Of a stretch of DNA of 64,000 nucleotides, positions 37,461 to 46,874 are shown in pieces. Position numbers and translations under genes: made by a program. The stretch covers positions 1 to 64,000 of the IMG/VR virus record IMGVR_UViG_3300005529_000024; one strand, written 5' to 3'. The DNA comes from a virus. The notes under the pieces were generated by a model that was not told the origin of the DNA, ran no database searches, and was given only the letters and a program-made list of their open reading frames with translations. Numbering within the stretch: the stretch's first letter is position 1; each line of letters starts with the position of its first letter.

Positions 37461-37970
37461 ATGATACTATCTTTAGAGCAAAGATTTTTTGTAATTACAC
37501 AATCTGGTGATGAGGATCTCTTCTTAGTAGATCTATCCGTACCACAAGGCAATACTGGAAATGGCTACGTGGTTCAGAAAACAGATCTGTGCTTCATGGC
37601 AAGCAATCGTGGTCCTGGTTCTGTGGTAATCCACTTCTATGATAGCGACGATGGATTAAACTTCAGTTCTCTTGTTTCTGCTACCATCGTTGATGGTGGA
37701 TCTCTTCCTGTTATCGTCTCAACCTCCAAACGATTCTTGAAGTGTACAGGAAATGGTTTACAAGCTCGCTTTGATATGTTTGCTATTGGTGATTCTAAGA
37801 GTTTCGGTAATGAAGCTTTTGCTGATTTCACACAGCTTTTGGATATCGTTAGTCGATCAATCGTTAATTATAGCATCGGTGGTACTGCTAAACAATCTCG
37901 TGTACTTAATTATGGCGTTGGTTCGACAGTAGTACAATTGCGTTTAATTAATACAGAAGCACATAGCTAA
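37461..37970 (+). CDS. putative structural beta-sandwich protein, paralog of 38520
   Basis: FYDSDDG...TIVDGGS...TSKRFL. Confidence 0.6.
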   Translation: MILSLEQRFFVITQSGDEDLFLVDLSVPQGNTGNGYVVQKTDLCFMASNRGPGSVVIHFYDSDDGLNFSSLVSATIVDGGSLPVIVSTSKRFLKCTGNGLQARFDMFAIGDSKSFGNEAFADFTQLLDIVSRSIVNYSIGGTAKQSRVLNYGVGSTVVQLRLINTEAHS

Positions 37971-37980
37971 AGGATAAAAA

Positions 37981-38490
37981 ATGCCACCACCTAAAGATCC
38001 TAATAGATATAAAGAATATTGTGAAAAATTTATGGGAAATACTAATGGATCTTTTGGTGCTGGTATCCAGAAACCATCTCTTATAGGTAACAAAAACGCA
38101 TCTGGGCATAAAGGTGAAAAACATTGGAAATGGAATCCGACAATACCTACAAACGTTAGATGGAGTAGAGCGGCACAACATTTTTGGAAACGTACTGGAA
38201 TAATTATTACCGAAGAAATGTATAACGAACGTTGTAAATATAACTCTAATTGTTGTGAAATTTGCGGTCTTCCTGAAAGTCAAAATATAATAAATGGAAA
38301 GAATATAGCATTGAGTTTTGATCATGACTATATAGCTAAGCGTTGGAGAGGACTTCTTTGTTCTTTCTGTAATCAACATAGACTTCCTTTTTATGAAAGA
38401 CGAAGTAGGCAGTTTAAGAAAGATATTACTATAGAAGAATATCTTGATGAAACTAATTGGCCTCTTCCATATCAGACAAATGCAATATAA
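37981..38490 (+). CDS. endonuclease VII-type HNH endonuclease (probable homing endonuclease)
   Basis: CEICG...LSFDHDY...RGLLCSFCN; NUMOD-like KGEKHWKW. Confidence 0.75.
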   Translation: MPPPKDPNRYKEYCEKFMGNTNGSFGAGIQKPSLIGNKNASGHKGEKHWKWNPTIPTNVRWSRAAQHFWKRTGIIITEEMYNERCKYNSNCCEICGLPESQNIINGKNIALSFDHDYIAKRWRGLLCSFCNQHRLPFYERRSRQFKKDITIEEYLDETNWPLPYQTNAI

Positions 38491-38519
38491 GCTTGTAATA
38501 TTTTTAAAGGAGTAATAAC

Positions 38520-39017
38520 GTGAGAATTGTTTTTGACCACAAAAGATTTTTTGCTCCACCAAAGGGTGAGGCTGGAGGCTACGGTGGTAGTGGTGGTAAT
38601 ACCAACCGTCTCTTTAAGTTGGATCTAGCACAGGCACAAGGTAGCGTCCCAGATATCACGAATTATCGTACTGAGAATCCTCCAAAGGTTATCTACTCTT
38701 CATTTAATGCTCAGCTAACCAATGTTGGTCATACATCATTAAACACGCAATTAGATGGATTTAGTCCAGCTTCTGGTGTTGCTCCTGCTACCATGGAAGT
38801 TAAATTCCGTGAGTCAGATGATGGTACTACCTGGGATGATATCGCTGGTACAGATAATACTATCGTTCCTTTTGGTTCTGTGAATTTTGATTTCACCACA
38901 CAGAAGAGATACATTGAATTGTATTGGGTGTCTGGTAATTCTTCTGTTGATGTATTCCTAGCACATGATACCGAGACTGACATTGCTGGTGGTTACAGTA
39001 AAGATTCAGTTGGTTAA
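38520..39017 (+). CDS. putative structural beta-sandwich protein, paralog of 37461
   Basis: FRESDDG...TIVPFGS...TQKRYI. Confidence 0.6.
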   Translation: MRIVFDHKRFFAPPKGEAGGYGGSGGNTNRLFKLDLAQAQGSVPDITNYRTENPPKVIYSSFNAQLTNVGHTSLNTQLDGFSPASGVAPATMEVKFRESDDGTTWDDIAGTDNTIVPFGSVNFDFTTQKRYIELYWVSGNSSVDVFLAHDTETDIAGGYSKDSVG

Positions 39018-39070
39018 TGTTCACTAAATCTCAATGTTCACATTTTGTGAACAAGAGAAAAAGATGAACA
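39018..39070. repeat. symmetric four-site array TGTTCAC-N10-TGTTCAC-N5-GTGAACA-N10-ATGAACA
   Basis: Read directly in intergenic DNA. Confidence 0.75.
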
Positions 39071-39095
39071 CTCCTAAAAGAATGGATTAAGAAAA

Positions 39096-39359
39096 ATGAA
39101 CACAAAGAAAATTGTTGAGAATCTACTTAATGAATCTACAGTTGAACCGTTTACTAACGCTTCTTGGGTCGGTGATTATAAGGAAGACATGAAGTTTGTT
39201 CATGCACAGCTTAAGCCTATCTATGATAGATTCAAGGATCGTGCTCGCATGGATCAAGAAGAATTAGATAATATGTTTAACGAACTTGAGCATAGAATTG
39301 ATGAGAATCTATTCAGTGCCTACCAAGAAAAGAATGCCAAAACGAGTAAGAAAGGTTAA
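39096..39359 (+). CDS. leader-bearing putative internal head protein
   Basis: MNTKKIVENLLNE. Confidence 0.65.
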   Translation: MNTKKIVENLLNESTVEPFTNASWVGDYKEDMKFVHAQLKPIYDRFKDRARMDQEELDNMFNELEHRIDENLFSAYQEKNAKTSKKG

Positions 39360-39361
39360 AA

Positions 39362-40024
39362 ATGTTAAAAGAATATATTGATAGTATGTTCGAAAGAGAT
39401 GAAGAAGATAGCACATACGAAAAGCTTTGTCCTAAATGTGATTCACCTATGGAGTTACTTCATCCTGATTATTGGACATGTATGCGCTGTGATGCTACAG
39501 TTCCTCATAAGGAAGTTGATGAGGCTGAGCCTAAGAATCGTGCAACCAGGACTGGATGGAGAGAACCTGAAGGAGATGATGAGGATGATTTTGATCTGAA
39601 GGTTCTTCATCGTGGTTACAATCCTGATCGTCTTACTCTTTCTATAAGTGGTAAGCCATATACTTTCTATGCTGAGCCGGAAGTCATTGAGAGATTCCAT
39701 AAGATCTTTAATCTCGGATCGAAGGGTCAAGCTCTTGCTTATTTGAAAGATAACGATATGAAGGATCGTATCATTGTCATGGAGTTTGATAAAGACATTG
39801 ATGCTGGAACAGCACAGTCTCTTCTGGATACTCTTGCTGATAAGCACCTTATTCCAAGTGTGGATTTCAGCACAAAGACAGCTTCAGCAATCATCTACTA
39901 TGCAGATCCAATTGATTTAACCCATTATAACCTAATCCGCAATAGTGTAAAGCTTGAAGGATTTACTGCTGAAGACGTTACTAAACCTAAAGCTAAGTTC
40001 TTTATGATGAAGGTTCATAAATAA
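39362..40024 (+). CDS. leader-bearing multidomain protein
   Basis: MLKEYIDSMFE; zinc ribbon CPKC..CMRC. Confidence 0.65.
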   Translation: MLKEYIDSMFERDEEDSTYEKLCPKCDSPMELLHPDYWTCMRCDATVPHKEVDEAEPKNRATRTGWREPEGDDEDDFDLKVLHRGYNPDRLTLSISGKPYTFYAEPEVIERFHKIFNLGSKGQALAYLKDNDMKDRIIVMEFDKDIDAGTAQSLLDTLADKHLIPSVDFSTKTASAIIYYADPIDLTHYNLIRNSVKLEGFTAEDVTKPKAKFFMMKVHK

Positions 40025-40446
40025 TGAACAAGGATTATTACTCAATACTCGGTGTACAGCCTGGTGCTTCTACCGATGAAATCAAAAAGGCGTATCATAA
40101 GAAAGCTCGTGAGCTTCATCCTGATTTAAATCCATCTGCTCCATTAACCAGGATTCAAGAAGTGAATGAGGCTTATGATGTATTAAGCAGCAAGCGACGT
40201 TCCATTTATGATCATGAACGTAAGCCAGCTACGCAACAAGATTATCCGAGTAATGGTTTTGATCCTAGTCTTTATGTGGACAAGTGGCATAAAGAATCCA
40301 AGTATTATAAGACTCACATTACTAAAGAGCAACCGAATTGGATGAAAGCAGAGGAAGAGCGTCTAGCAAAAGAATTTGCGAAGAAGGAAGATATCCGATC
40401 ATCCATTGGTAACATTTTTAAGAAGACTAAACCTAAAGGTAAATAA
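40024..40446 (+). CDS. DnaJ-type J-domain protein
   Basis: DYYSILGV...EIKKAYHKKARELHPDLN...VNEAYDVLS. Confidence 0.9.
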   Translation: MNKDYYSILGVQPGASTDEIKKAYHKKARELHPDLNPSAPLTRIQEVNEAYDVLSSKRRSIYDHERKPATQQDYPSNGFDPSLYVDKWHKESKYYKTHITKEQPNWMKAEEERLAKEFAKKEDIRSSIGNIFKKTKPKGK

Positions 40447-41196
40447 ATGAGCATAAAAGACACTGTTGAAAAGATGTTTGAATCAGGCGATCTTAGAGAG
40501 GATAATATTTTCGATCTGCCTGAAGGGAATTTTACTTTAACATTCGATACTAATAAGCTCTTAGAGCTATTTGATTTACCAAAGGTTGATGATCTTGAAG
40601 CGATTACCATAGACTATTGGCCTAGTGATAGTGATCTATTAAATACAAGTAAACTTGATGTGTCCCAAGACGACGATGGTAATTTTATTGATGCTGATGA
40701 GAATCCTTTACCAGAAGAAGTGATCGATGATATAAAAAGAGCTATAATGGATGCTGTGTATTCTGGTACTATGGGACGTTATCATAAGCGCATTATATCT
40801 ACGCTTGAAGAATCATTATCTACATTTCAAGATTATAAATACGAGTATTTCCCTCTGACGGATGATGGCGAGAGAACAGCTACTGGTGTTGCTAAAGGTA
40901 TTCTAAATTTTGAAGTCTCGTTTGATGAAACCAAGATTGAATGCGCTCCGGATATTGTTCACATCATAAACGATTGCATTAATGGGGTTGGTGAGTTTTA
41001 TGCGACTGATGATCTTGAAGGTGATTCTGTCGAAGAGTTTGCTAAGTCTCGTTTTCACTGGTTGAACAGATATTGGGATATCTATGGTGGTGGAAAGCCA
41101 CAAGTAGATACTGACAATATCGATGATTTCGATTCTGAATATTTCAGGACCTTATTAAAAGAGATCGAAACAGAACATAATGTCAAGCTAACCTAG
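40447..41196 (+). CDS. leader-bearing acidic putative internal head protein
   Basis: MSIKDTVEKMFE. Confidence 0.7.
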   Translation: MSIKDTVEKMFESGDLREDNIFDLPEGNFTLTFDTNKLLELFDLPKVDDLEAITIDYWPSDSDLLNTSKLDVSQDDDGNFIDADENPLPEEVIDDIKRAIMDAVYSGTMGRYHKRIISTLEESLSTFQDYKYEYFPLTDDGERTATGVAKGILNFEVSFDETKIECAPDIVHIINDCINGVGEFYATDDLEGDSVEEFAKSRFHWLNRYWDIYGGGKPQVDTDNIDDFDSEYFRTLLKEIETEHNVKLT

Positions 41197-41255
41197 TTTT
41201 ATTTTTTACTAAGTATTATAAAGTACCTAATCGGTAATATCATTGGAGTAAATAA

Positions 41256-42890
41256 ATGTTATCACAAGAACAACTTCGCATGAGACAGCTTGCTCGTACT
41301 TATGGATACAACTATCCTAATCTGATTGAGCAGGACAGTCTGAACACAAACCCAGAAGGTGGTCAGTATATTAAACTTTCCGAGCTTTCTGTCAATGATC
41401 AGTTTAGAATTGCTTCAAGCTGGAAAGCGGATTTCAATACTGCTCTTTCTATCGCTGCTACGCAATTGCTCTCTTTTGGTGGATTGAAACAGCCAATGCT
41501 CGTTCGGGCAAAAGATAATGGTAACATTACTGTTGCGACTGCCACTGGTAGCGAGCACGTAATCGCTATGAGTGAAGCAGATGTAATCTTCGTTCTTCCT
41601 CTTACCTCACGTCCTGCAAAAGATGGTGGAGTTAAAGATTCGTCTATTGACTCTATGGACTGGAACGTTCTTCCAAGTGGGGAAAAGCCTGTTAGTGCCA
41701 AGGGTGGACAGAAGATCTTCGATAGTAAGTCTGGTAAGGCTAATTTAACTGAAGATGCTAACCTTACTCCTGGTGCTGTTTTCAAGCTTCCTGGAAAAGA
41801 TGACGAATACTCTCTTGTCTCTTCTGACGATAAAGAGGTTACATTCCGTGGTAAGGACGGTAGTAAGTATCGGCTTCCTAAAGATAAGTTTCAAGCTACT
41901 CCTGTAAAGGAATCAAAAGGACGAAGAATTTCTCGCCTTGCTGAGATCCATGCTGGAGATGTGTTTAAATTTGTTGAGCCTTTTGCTGAGGGAGTTGACA
42001 TCAACAAAGTCTATCTTAAAGTTGAATCTAAGAATGGACGTAACGTTGCATATGTTTCTCCTCAAGGTAATCTAGATACTGTCCCTCTTCGTTATTCGAA
42101 GCACATTAAAGTTGAGAAGATCAACGATGAACTTTCAATGGAAGAGAGAAAAGATTTTAGTACACTGAGACAGCTTCATTCTGGCGATCAGTTCTGGTTC
42201 TTATCAAAAGACCGGGAATTCACTGAGACTCCTTATACTGTTCAGGAAAATGATTTTGTACAACAGCATATCCGTGTTCAGAGTCCAACCGATTCTCTTA
42301 AAGAAAATCGTTCTTGGTTTAGGGTGAATCATGATCATGCAGGGAACATTCTTGTTATCCGGAAGAGTCAGGTTACTGAGAAAGTAAAGGATGACAGCAA
42401 TTACGTTCTACTTCGTGATCGTAAGAATCTTTATGAGCAGGATGAACAGCAATATTTCCCATTGTCAGATCTAGCTGTAAACGATACCTTTAAGGTCAAG
42501 ACGGCTACTGCATCGAATTATCAGCCTATGTCAATGCCTACTATGCAGTTCTTGACATATGGATCATCAAAGATGCTGTATCTTGTTAAGGCTAAGTCTG
42601 GCGCTGGTATTACTGTTGCGACTGCTAATATGGGCGATATTACTATCCCTATGGCTGATGCACAGCGTATCAAGGTCATGGTCTTTACTCAGAGACCTGT
42701 TGCCACAGATGGTGTTAAAGATCCATCTATTACTCAGATGAAGTGGGATGTAGGGCCAAAGGCTGAAGCTCCTCATACTGATTGGAATGCTCATCCAGAA
42801 GAGAATCAAAATAAAGAAATCTCTGGTAAAGATCCATTCGATACGGGCGCTGAAGGATCTAACTTTCCAAAGGGTGGAAAGATCGACTAA
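41256..42890 (+). CDS. repeat-module protein (about five small beta-barrel modules), probable head protein
   Basis: LSELSVNDQF / LTPGAVF / LAEIHAGDVF / LRQLHSGDQF / LSDLAVNDTF repeats. Confidence 0.65.
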   Translation: MLSQEQLRMRQLARTYGYNYPNLIEQDSLNTNPEGGQYIKLSELSVNDQFRIASSWKADFNTALSIAATQLLSFGGLKQPMLVRAKDNGNITVATATGSEHVIAMSEADVIFVLPLTSRPAKDGGVKDSSIDSMDWNVLPSGEKPVSAKGGQKIFDSKSGKANLTEDANLTPGAVFKLPGKDDEYSLVSSDDKEVTFRGKDGSKYRLPKDKFQATPVKESKGRRISRLAEIHAGDVFKFVEPFAEGVDINKVYLKVESKNGRNVAYVSPQGNLDTVPLRYSKHIKVEKINDELSMEERKDFSTLRQLHSGDQFWFLSKDREFTETPYTVQENDFVQQHIRVQSPTDSLKENRSWFRVNHDHAGNILVIRKSQVTEKVKDDSNYVLLRDRKNLYEQDEQQYFPLSDLAVNDTFKVKTATASNYQPMSMPTMQFLTYGSSKMLYLVKAKSGAGITVATANMGDITIPMADAQRIKVMVFTQRPVATDGVKDPSITQMKWDVGPKAEAPHTDWNAHPEENQNKEISGKDPFDTGAEGSNFPKGGKID

Positions 42891-42899
42891 GGAATCAAA

Positions 42900-43319
42900 A
42901 TGGAGCCGAAAAAACTAAGTGACGTTGAGCTTGCTAAAGCTATTCGTTTAGACATAGAGGCAGAGCTTGATGCTATCAATCTTTATGAATCTCATCTTGA
43001 ATCGACAGATAATCCAGAGGCTAAAAAAGTTCTTGAGCATGTAATCAAGGAAGAGAAAGATCATGTCTCTCTCTTCCTTGAATTACTCAAAACTCTAGAT
43101 CCAGAGCAAGAGGATATTCTAATGAAGAGTAAAGAATATTTTGGCTCTACTGTTAAAGAGATGATAGAAAGATCTTTCGATGAGGATATAAAGACTCGAA
43201 AAGTAAAACTCAAAAAGAATCTTTCGCATAATGAGGCTTTACGTTCTGTTCCAAAAAGTGTCGGTGATTTTAGAGGTTTCAAATATGATCCGGATACTGG
43301 TATAGCTTATTGTACGTAA
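42900..43319 (+). CDS. ferritin-like (encapsulin-cargo/rubrerythrin-type) protein
   Basis: AIRLDIEAELDAINLYE...VLEHVIKEEKDH di-iron motif. Confidence 0.75.
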   Translation: MEPKKLSDVELAKAIRLDIEAELDAINLYESHLESTDNPEAKKVLEHVIKEEKDHVSLFLELLKTLDPEQEDILMKSKEYFGSTVKEMIERSFDEDIKTRKVKLKKNLSHNEALRSVPKSVGDFRGFKYDPDTGIAYCT

Positions 43320-43335
43320 CTAAAGGGAATACAAA

Positions 43336-43590
43336 ATGGATATAAAGAAAGTCGTTGACGGCATATTAGAGACGCATTATGGTGATCTTGACCGAGGCGA
43401 AGCTGCTAGGGAGGCTAAAGCTCGTTTCACTGAAGCTGTATCTGATATGCTGAATAAGTTGGAAGAAATTCAGGATGATCTCAAAACAGCTTGGAGCAAG
43501 GCTCATTATGAGGAAACTCGGTTAGCTACGTATAAGCTACGTGACGCTATTGTGTTGATAAAAGAATTACGTGAATCATTTTGGGAATAA
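43336..43590 (+). CDS. leader-bearing putative internal head protein
   Basis: MDIKKVVDGILE. Confidence 0.65.
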   Translation: MDIKKVVDGILETHYGDLDRGEAAREAKARFTEAVSDMLNKLEEIQDDLKTAWSKAHYEETRLATYKLRDAIVLIKELRESFWE

Positions 43591-43623
43591 ATATGAACTA
43601 AAAGGATTTAACTTTTTAGTGGG

Positions 43624-43899
43624 ATGGATAAAATGAAAAATACAGATATTCTAATTAAAGAACTTCTAGAAGCAGAATATGGAAATCTTGGTGTTGCTGA
43701 TCAAGATGCCAAAGTTTCTGAGGAAGACAAAAACGTATTCACTTCTGGGGAATCCGCACTCTCTAAATTCAAGCCTGTTTGCAGCAAGATGCATAAGGCT
43801 ATCGAAAGTCTTGAAGCTGCTTTGAAAGATAAGAAGCCAGACGCTGTACTGAAATGGACTAAGGAATTACACGACTCATTCGGCATGTTGGGAATGTAA
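43624..43899 (+). CDS. hypothetical protein with leader-like N-terminus
   Basis: TDILIKELLE. Confidence 0.55.
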   Translation: MDKMKNTDILIKELLEAEYGNLGVADQDAKVSEEDKNVFTSGESALSKFKPVCSKMHKAIESLEAALKDKKPDAVLKWTKELHDSFGMLGM

Positions 43900-44118
43900 A
43901 TGGTATACGCTAAGAAGTTTCTGAAATATTTGTTAGATCAGTTGCTAGATAAGGTATTTCATGTTATAATAGTAGCGTTATGTGTTTTCTCTTATAATCT
44001 ATGGTACTCAGGTAATGTGAATTTGAATATTGTAAAGGGTCAACTTCAGGAACGACTTGGAAGCGAAATCCAATTAAAAGCTCAATGTGAATTAGATCAT
44101 AAAAGGAAAATAAAATGA
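43900..44118 (+). CDS. membrane protein
   Basis: One TM helix. Confidence 0.5.
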   Translation: MVYAKKFLKYLLDQLLDKVFHVIIVALCVFSYNLWYSGNVNLNIVKGQLQERLGSEIQLKAQCELDHKRKIK

Positions 44119-45599
44119 GTATAAAGGATATTGTTGAAAATCTCTTTGATGGGGATAATTATACAGCACAAGATTTATTCCTCTATATCAGTAGCGATAG
44201 AGATCTCCATAGCCAGAATATTATTCCTATCCGGAAGAATCTAGTTAACAAAATGGAAAAAGGAATTTTCGATTTCGAGAAGTCTGTTAAGCTTTGGATG
44301 CATCTTGTTGATGCTGGTGCAAAAAAGTATAACGTTGAGTTTGGACCGGATGATGCTAAAGTCTTTGATCGTGCGACAAGATTAGCTGTTGCAGAAGAAT
44401 TGGCTAAAGAATTTGTCACTGAGTATGAGCTTGGCAACTATGATGAATTGAAGAAATCTAAAAGAGAAGCTCTTCAATATTCAGGCGATGAGATGTGGCC
44501 TGGTACTGGTAATGATCCTCTTGGCGATAGCGAGAATAAAGACGAACATTGCGGCCATTGTGGTAAAGATATGAATGAATCCGATGGTGGTTCTCTACCT
44601 ACCGAATGGGGTACTCTTCATTACCGTATCTCTGATGATGGTATAACATTCTATATCGATGATACTTTTGATAAAGCTGGCTTGAAAGAGGAAGCTGATC
44701 AAAAGGGTCTCTTCCATGTTGAGTCCGAACTATTTGATCATCTGATGGCAAACGGTTGGGATTGGATTCGTCCTGAAGATGTTGGTGGACTAACAGATGC
44801 TCCGATTATTAGCGATAGTGCCATTTACAATGATCAAGGTGAGTTAGAATCTGTTGATTATGTGTATTGGTATCCAAATTATCAAGTCGGTAGCATAGTA
44901 GATGATCTTGTTGACTCTGATGAATCATTCTGGCCTAAAGTTCAAGGGGAGAAGGAAGAATCTATAGACGAAGATCAGAAACTTGGTAAAGTTGGTCAAC
45001 GTGTTCGCGTTTCTGCTGGATCTGGAGTAGACTCTAATAAACTCGGTACAGTTGTTGATAAATCTGAAGTTGAGACAGACGGACGAGGCGTACCAACAAA
45101 CGTATCCGGTGCTTATAAGCCAGTTGATTGGAAGAGAGAATTAGCCGTAAGATTAGACTCAGGTGAACTTATTCTAATGTTCAAAGATAGATTATTCCCT
45201 GTTGAGGAGGAGTCTATGAAAGAAAATCGTAGTCTTAGTAGCAAGTTCGATCATTGGATGGATCAGTTTGCATGGCAACTATCCATGGATGGTGCTACCG
45301 AGGAGCTAGGAGATTCAGAGACTTTCGGATACTATGTGCTTCTGACATGGGGAGATCCTGATCATATGGTAGAGGATTTCAACCGCGTAGCTGCTGATAT
45401 CAACGCGGAACCTCTTACCCCTGAAGAGATTGAAGAGATTAAATCTTATAACTATAAGGCCGTTATTCTCATGGAGAATTCCCAGGGCTTTGTTTTCTCA
45501 GATTGGTTTGAAGACGAAGCTACTGCTACGGAAGCATGGCAGGCAATAGCTGACGAATGGGAAAAATATCATGAAGATAGTAACGATGATGATCTATGA
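44115..45599 (+). CDS. leader-bearing acidic multidomain protein (possible polyprotein)
   Basis: MSIKDIVENLFD; modules separated by MNE/IDE/MKE linkers. Confidence 0.7.
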   Translation: MSIKDIVENLFDGDNYTAQDLFLYISSDRDLHSQNIIPIRKNLVNKMEKGIFDFEKSVKLWMHLVDAGAKKYNVEFGPDDAKVFDRATRLAVAEELAKEFVTEYELGNYDELKKSKREALQYSGDEMWPGTGNDPLGDSENKDEHCGHCGKDMNESDGGSLPTEWGTLHYRISDDGITFYIDDTFDKAGLKEEADQKGLFHVESELFDHLMANGWDWIRPEDVGGLTDAPIISDSAIYNDQGELESVDYVYWYPNYQVGSIVDDLVDSDESFWPKVQGEKEESIDEDQKLGKVGQRVRVSAGSGVDSNKLGTVVDKSEVETDGRGVPTNVSGAYKPVDWKRELAVRLDSGELILMFKDRLFPVEEESMKENRSLSSKFDHWMDQFAWQLSMDGATEELGDSETFGYYVLLTWGDPDHMVEDFNRVAADINAEPLTPEEIEEIKSYNYKAVILMENSQGFVFSDWFEDEATATEAWQAIADEWEKYHEDSNDDDL

Positions 45600-45694
45600 A
45601 ACTCTTAAAAGAAATGCTCATTGAGGATTGGAAGGTTATTTTACTGGCAATCATTTTGCTTCTAATCATGATTATATTCCGATAGGATTAAAAA

Positions 45695-46159
45695 ATGACT
45701 ATACCTTATGATCCCCTCGTTGAGGCTGGAGATTATGGGTTTCTTGCTAAGGTTACTTCTGAGTTATATCGTAGGCGCATGATACCTGTTCAGTATATAC
45801 GCTTAGACCGCAATCAATCTGTAGATACTCTATATAACGAGAAGAAAAATCCTGTCTTTCTTCCACCAATATCTATCAATGCCTTTATCAGTCGTCCGGA
45901 TGATTCCCAGGAACTTCTTCGTTATGGTCTTGATCGTGATGTGGCAAGAAAGTTGTACATACCTAGATATGACACTGATCAAGTAAATCTGACTCCAGAG
46001 ATAGGAGATAAGATACAGATTCTTGGTACAGAAGGTGAAACCGATGAGCTTGAAGTCATGGTGGTAAACAAAGAACAGTTTTTCTTTGTGAACATCAATA
46101 AGATCTTATCATGGGAACTCGTATGTCGTTACTACAGGATTAGGAACCAGAATGGATAA
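45695..46159 (+). CDS. head closure / neck protein (T4 gp14-like)
   Basis: DTLYNE...YGLD...PEIGDKI pattern of head-closure proteins. Confidence 0.55.
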   Translation: MTIPYDPLVEAGDYGFLAKVTSELYRRRMIPVQYIRLDRNQSVDTLYNEKKNPVFLPPISINAFISRPDDSQELLRYGLDRDVARKLYIPRYDTDQVNLTPEIGDKIQILGTEGETDELEVMVVNKEQFFFVNINKILSWELVCRYYRIRNQNG

Positions 46160-46874
46160 TGACGAATTTCTATTGCACAATTGGTTTAATTCAGAGCTAA
46201 GCAAGTCTGGGACTGAAGAGCTTACAGATGCTGCTGTATCATCTAGTGCAGATATGGCTGATCTTCAGAGCAGGTATAGTTCGTTGTTTACTTCAGTTCT
46301 TGAACCTCTTGCTACCGCATTAAGAAACAGTGTAAGCGCGGCTATAAAAGATTGTCCTAATGTTGATTCTGTACGAACACGAGCAAAGGGTATTCCTAGT
46401 TTCATTTTAAAAGCTTCCAAGCTTTATAATACAGCGAATGAGACATTCCCTAAATACGATGATCCCTTGAATGAGATCCAAGATCAACTCGGTGCTCTTG
46501 TTCTTGTGCGATATACAAACAATGTAGACTGCGTTGTTGAGACAATTAAATCTCACTTTAAGGCTGTCGAAGATAAGCTCATTGTTCCTGATGAACCAAA
46601 TGAATTTGGTTATGAGGGTCATCACATTGTATTACTTCTGCCGGATGCACTATTAGAGCCTTATAAAGATAATAAGGATTGTCCCAAGTTTTTCGAGCTA
46701 CAGATCAAAACTCTGTATCAATATGCATGGTCGGAAGCTGGTCACAACATTGCTTACAAGGGTCACAATCTTACGGAAGAACAAAAGAAGACGATTGCAT
46801 TCTTGGCTTCGATGACATGGGGTAGCGACAAAATCTTTTCTGATCTCGCAAGAACATTCGGAGAACTACAGTGA
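46152..46874 (+). CDS. RelA/SpoT-domain small alarmone synthetase
   Basis: RTRAKG..SF..K, IQDQLG, GYEGHH, FELQIKTLYQYAWSEAGHNIAYK. Confidence 0.85.
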   Translation: MDNDEFLLHNWFNSELSKSGTEELTDAAVSSSADMADLQSRYSSLFTSVLEPLATALRNSVSAAIKDCPNVDSVRTRAKGIPSFILKASKLYNTANETFPKYDDPLNEIQDQLGALVLVRYTNNVDCVVETIKSHFKAVEDKLIVPDEPNEFGYEGHHIVLLLPDALLEPYKDNKDCPKFFELQIKTLYQYAWSEAGHNIAYKGHNLTEEQKKTIAFLASMTWGSDKIFSDLARTFGELQ

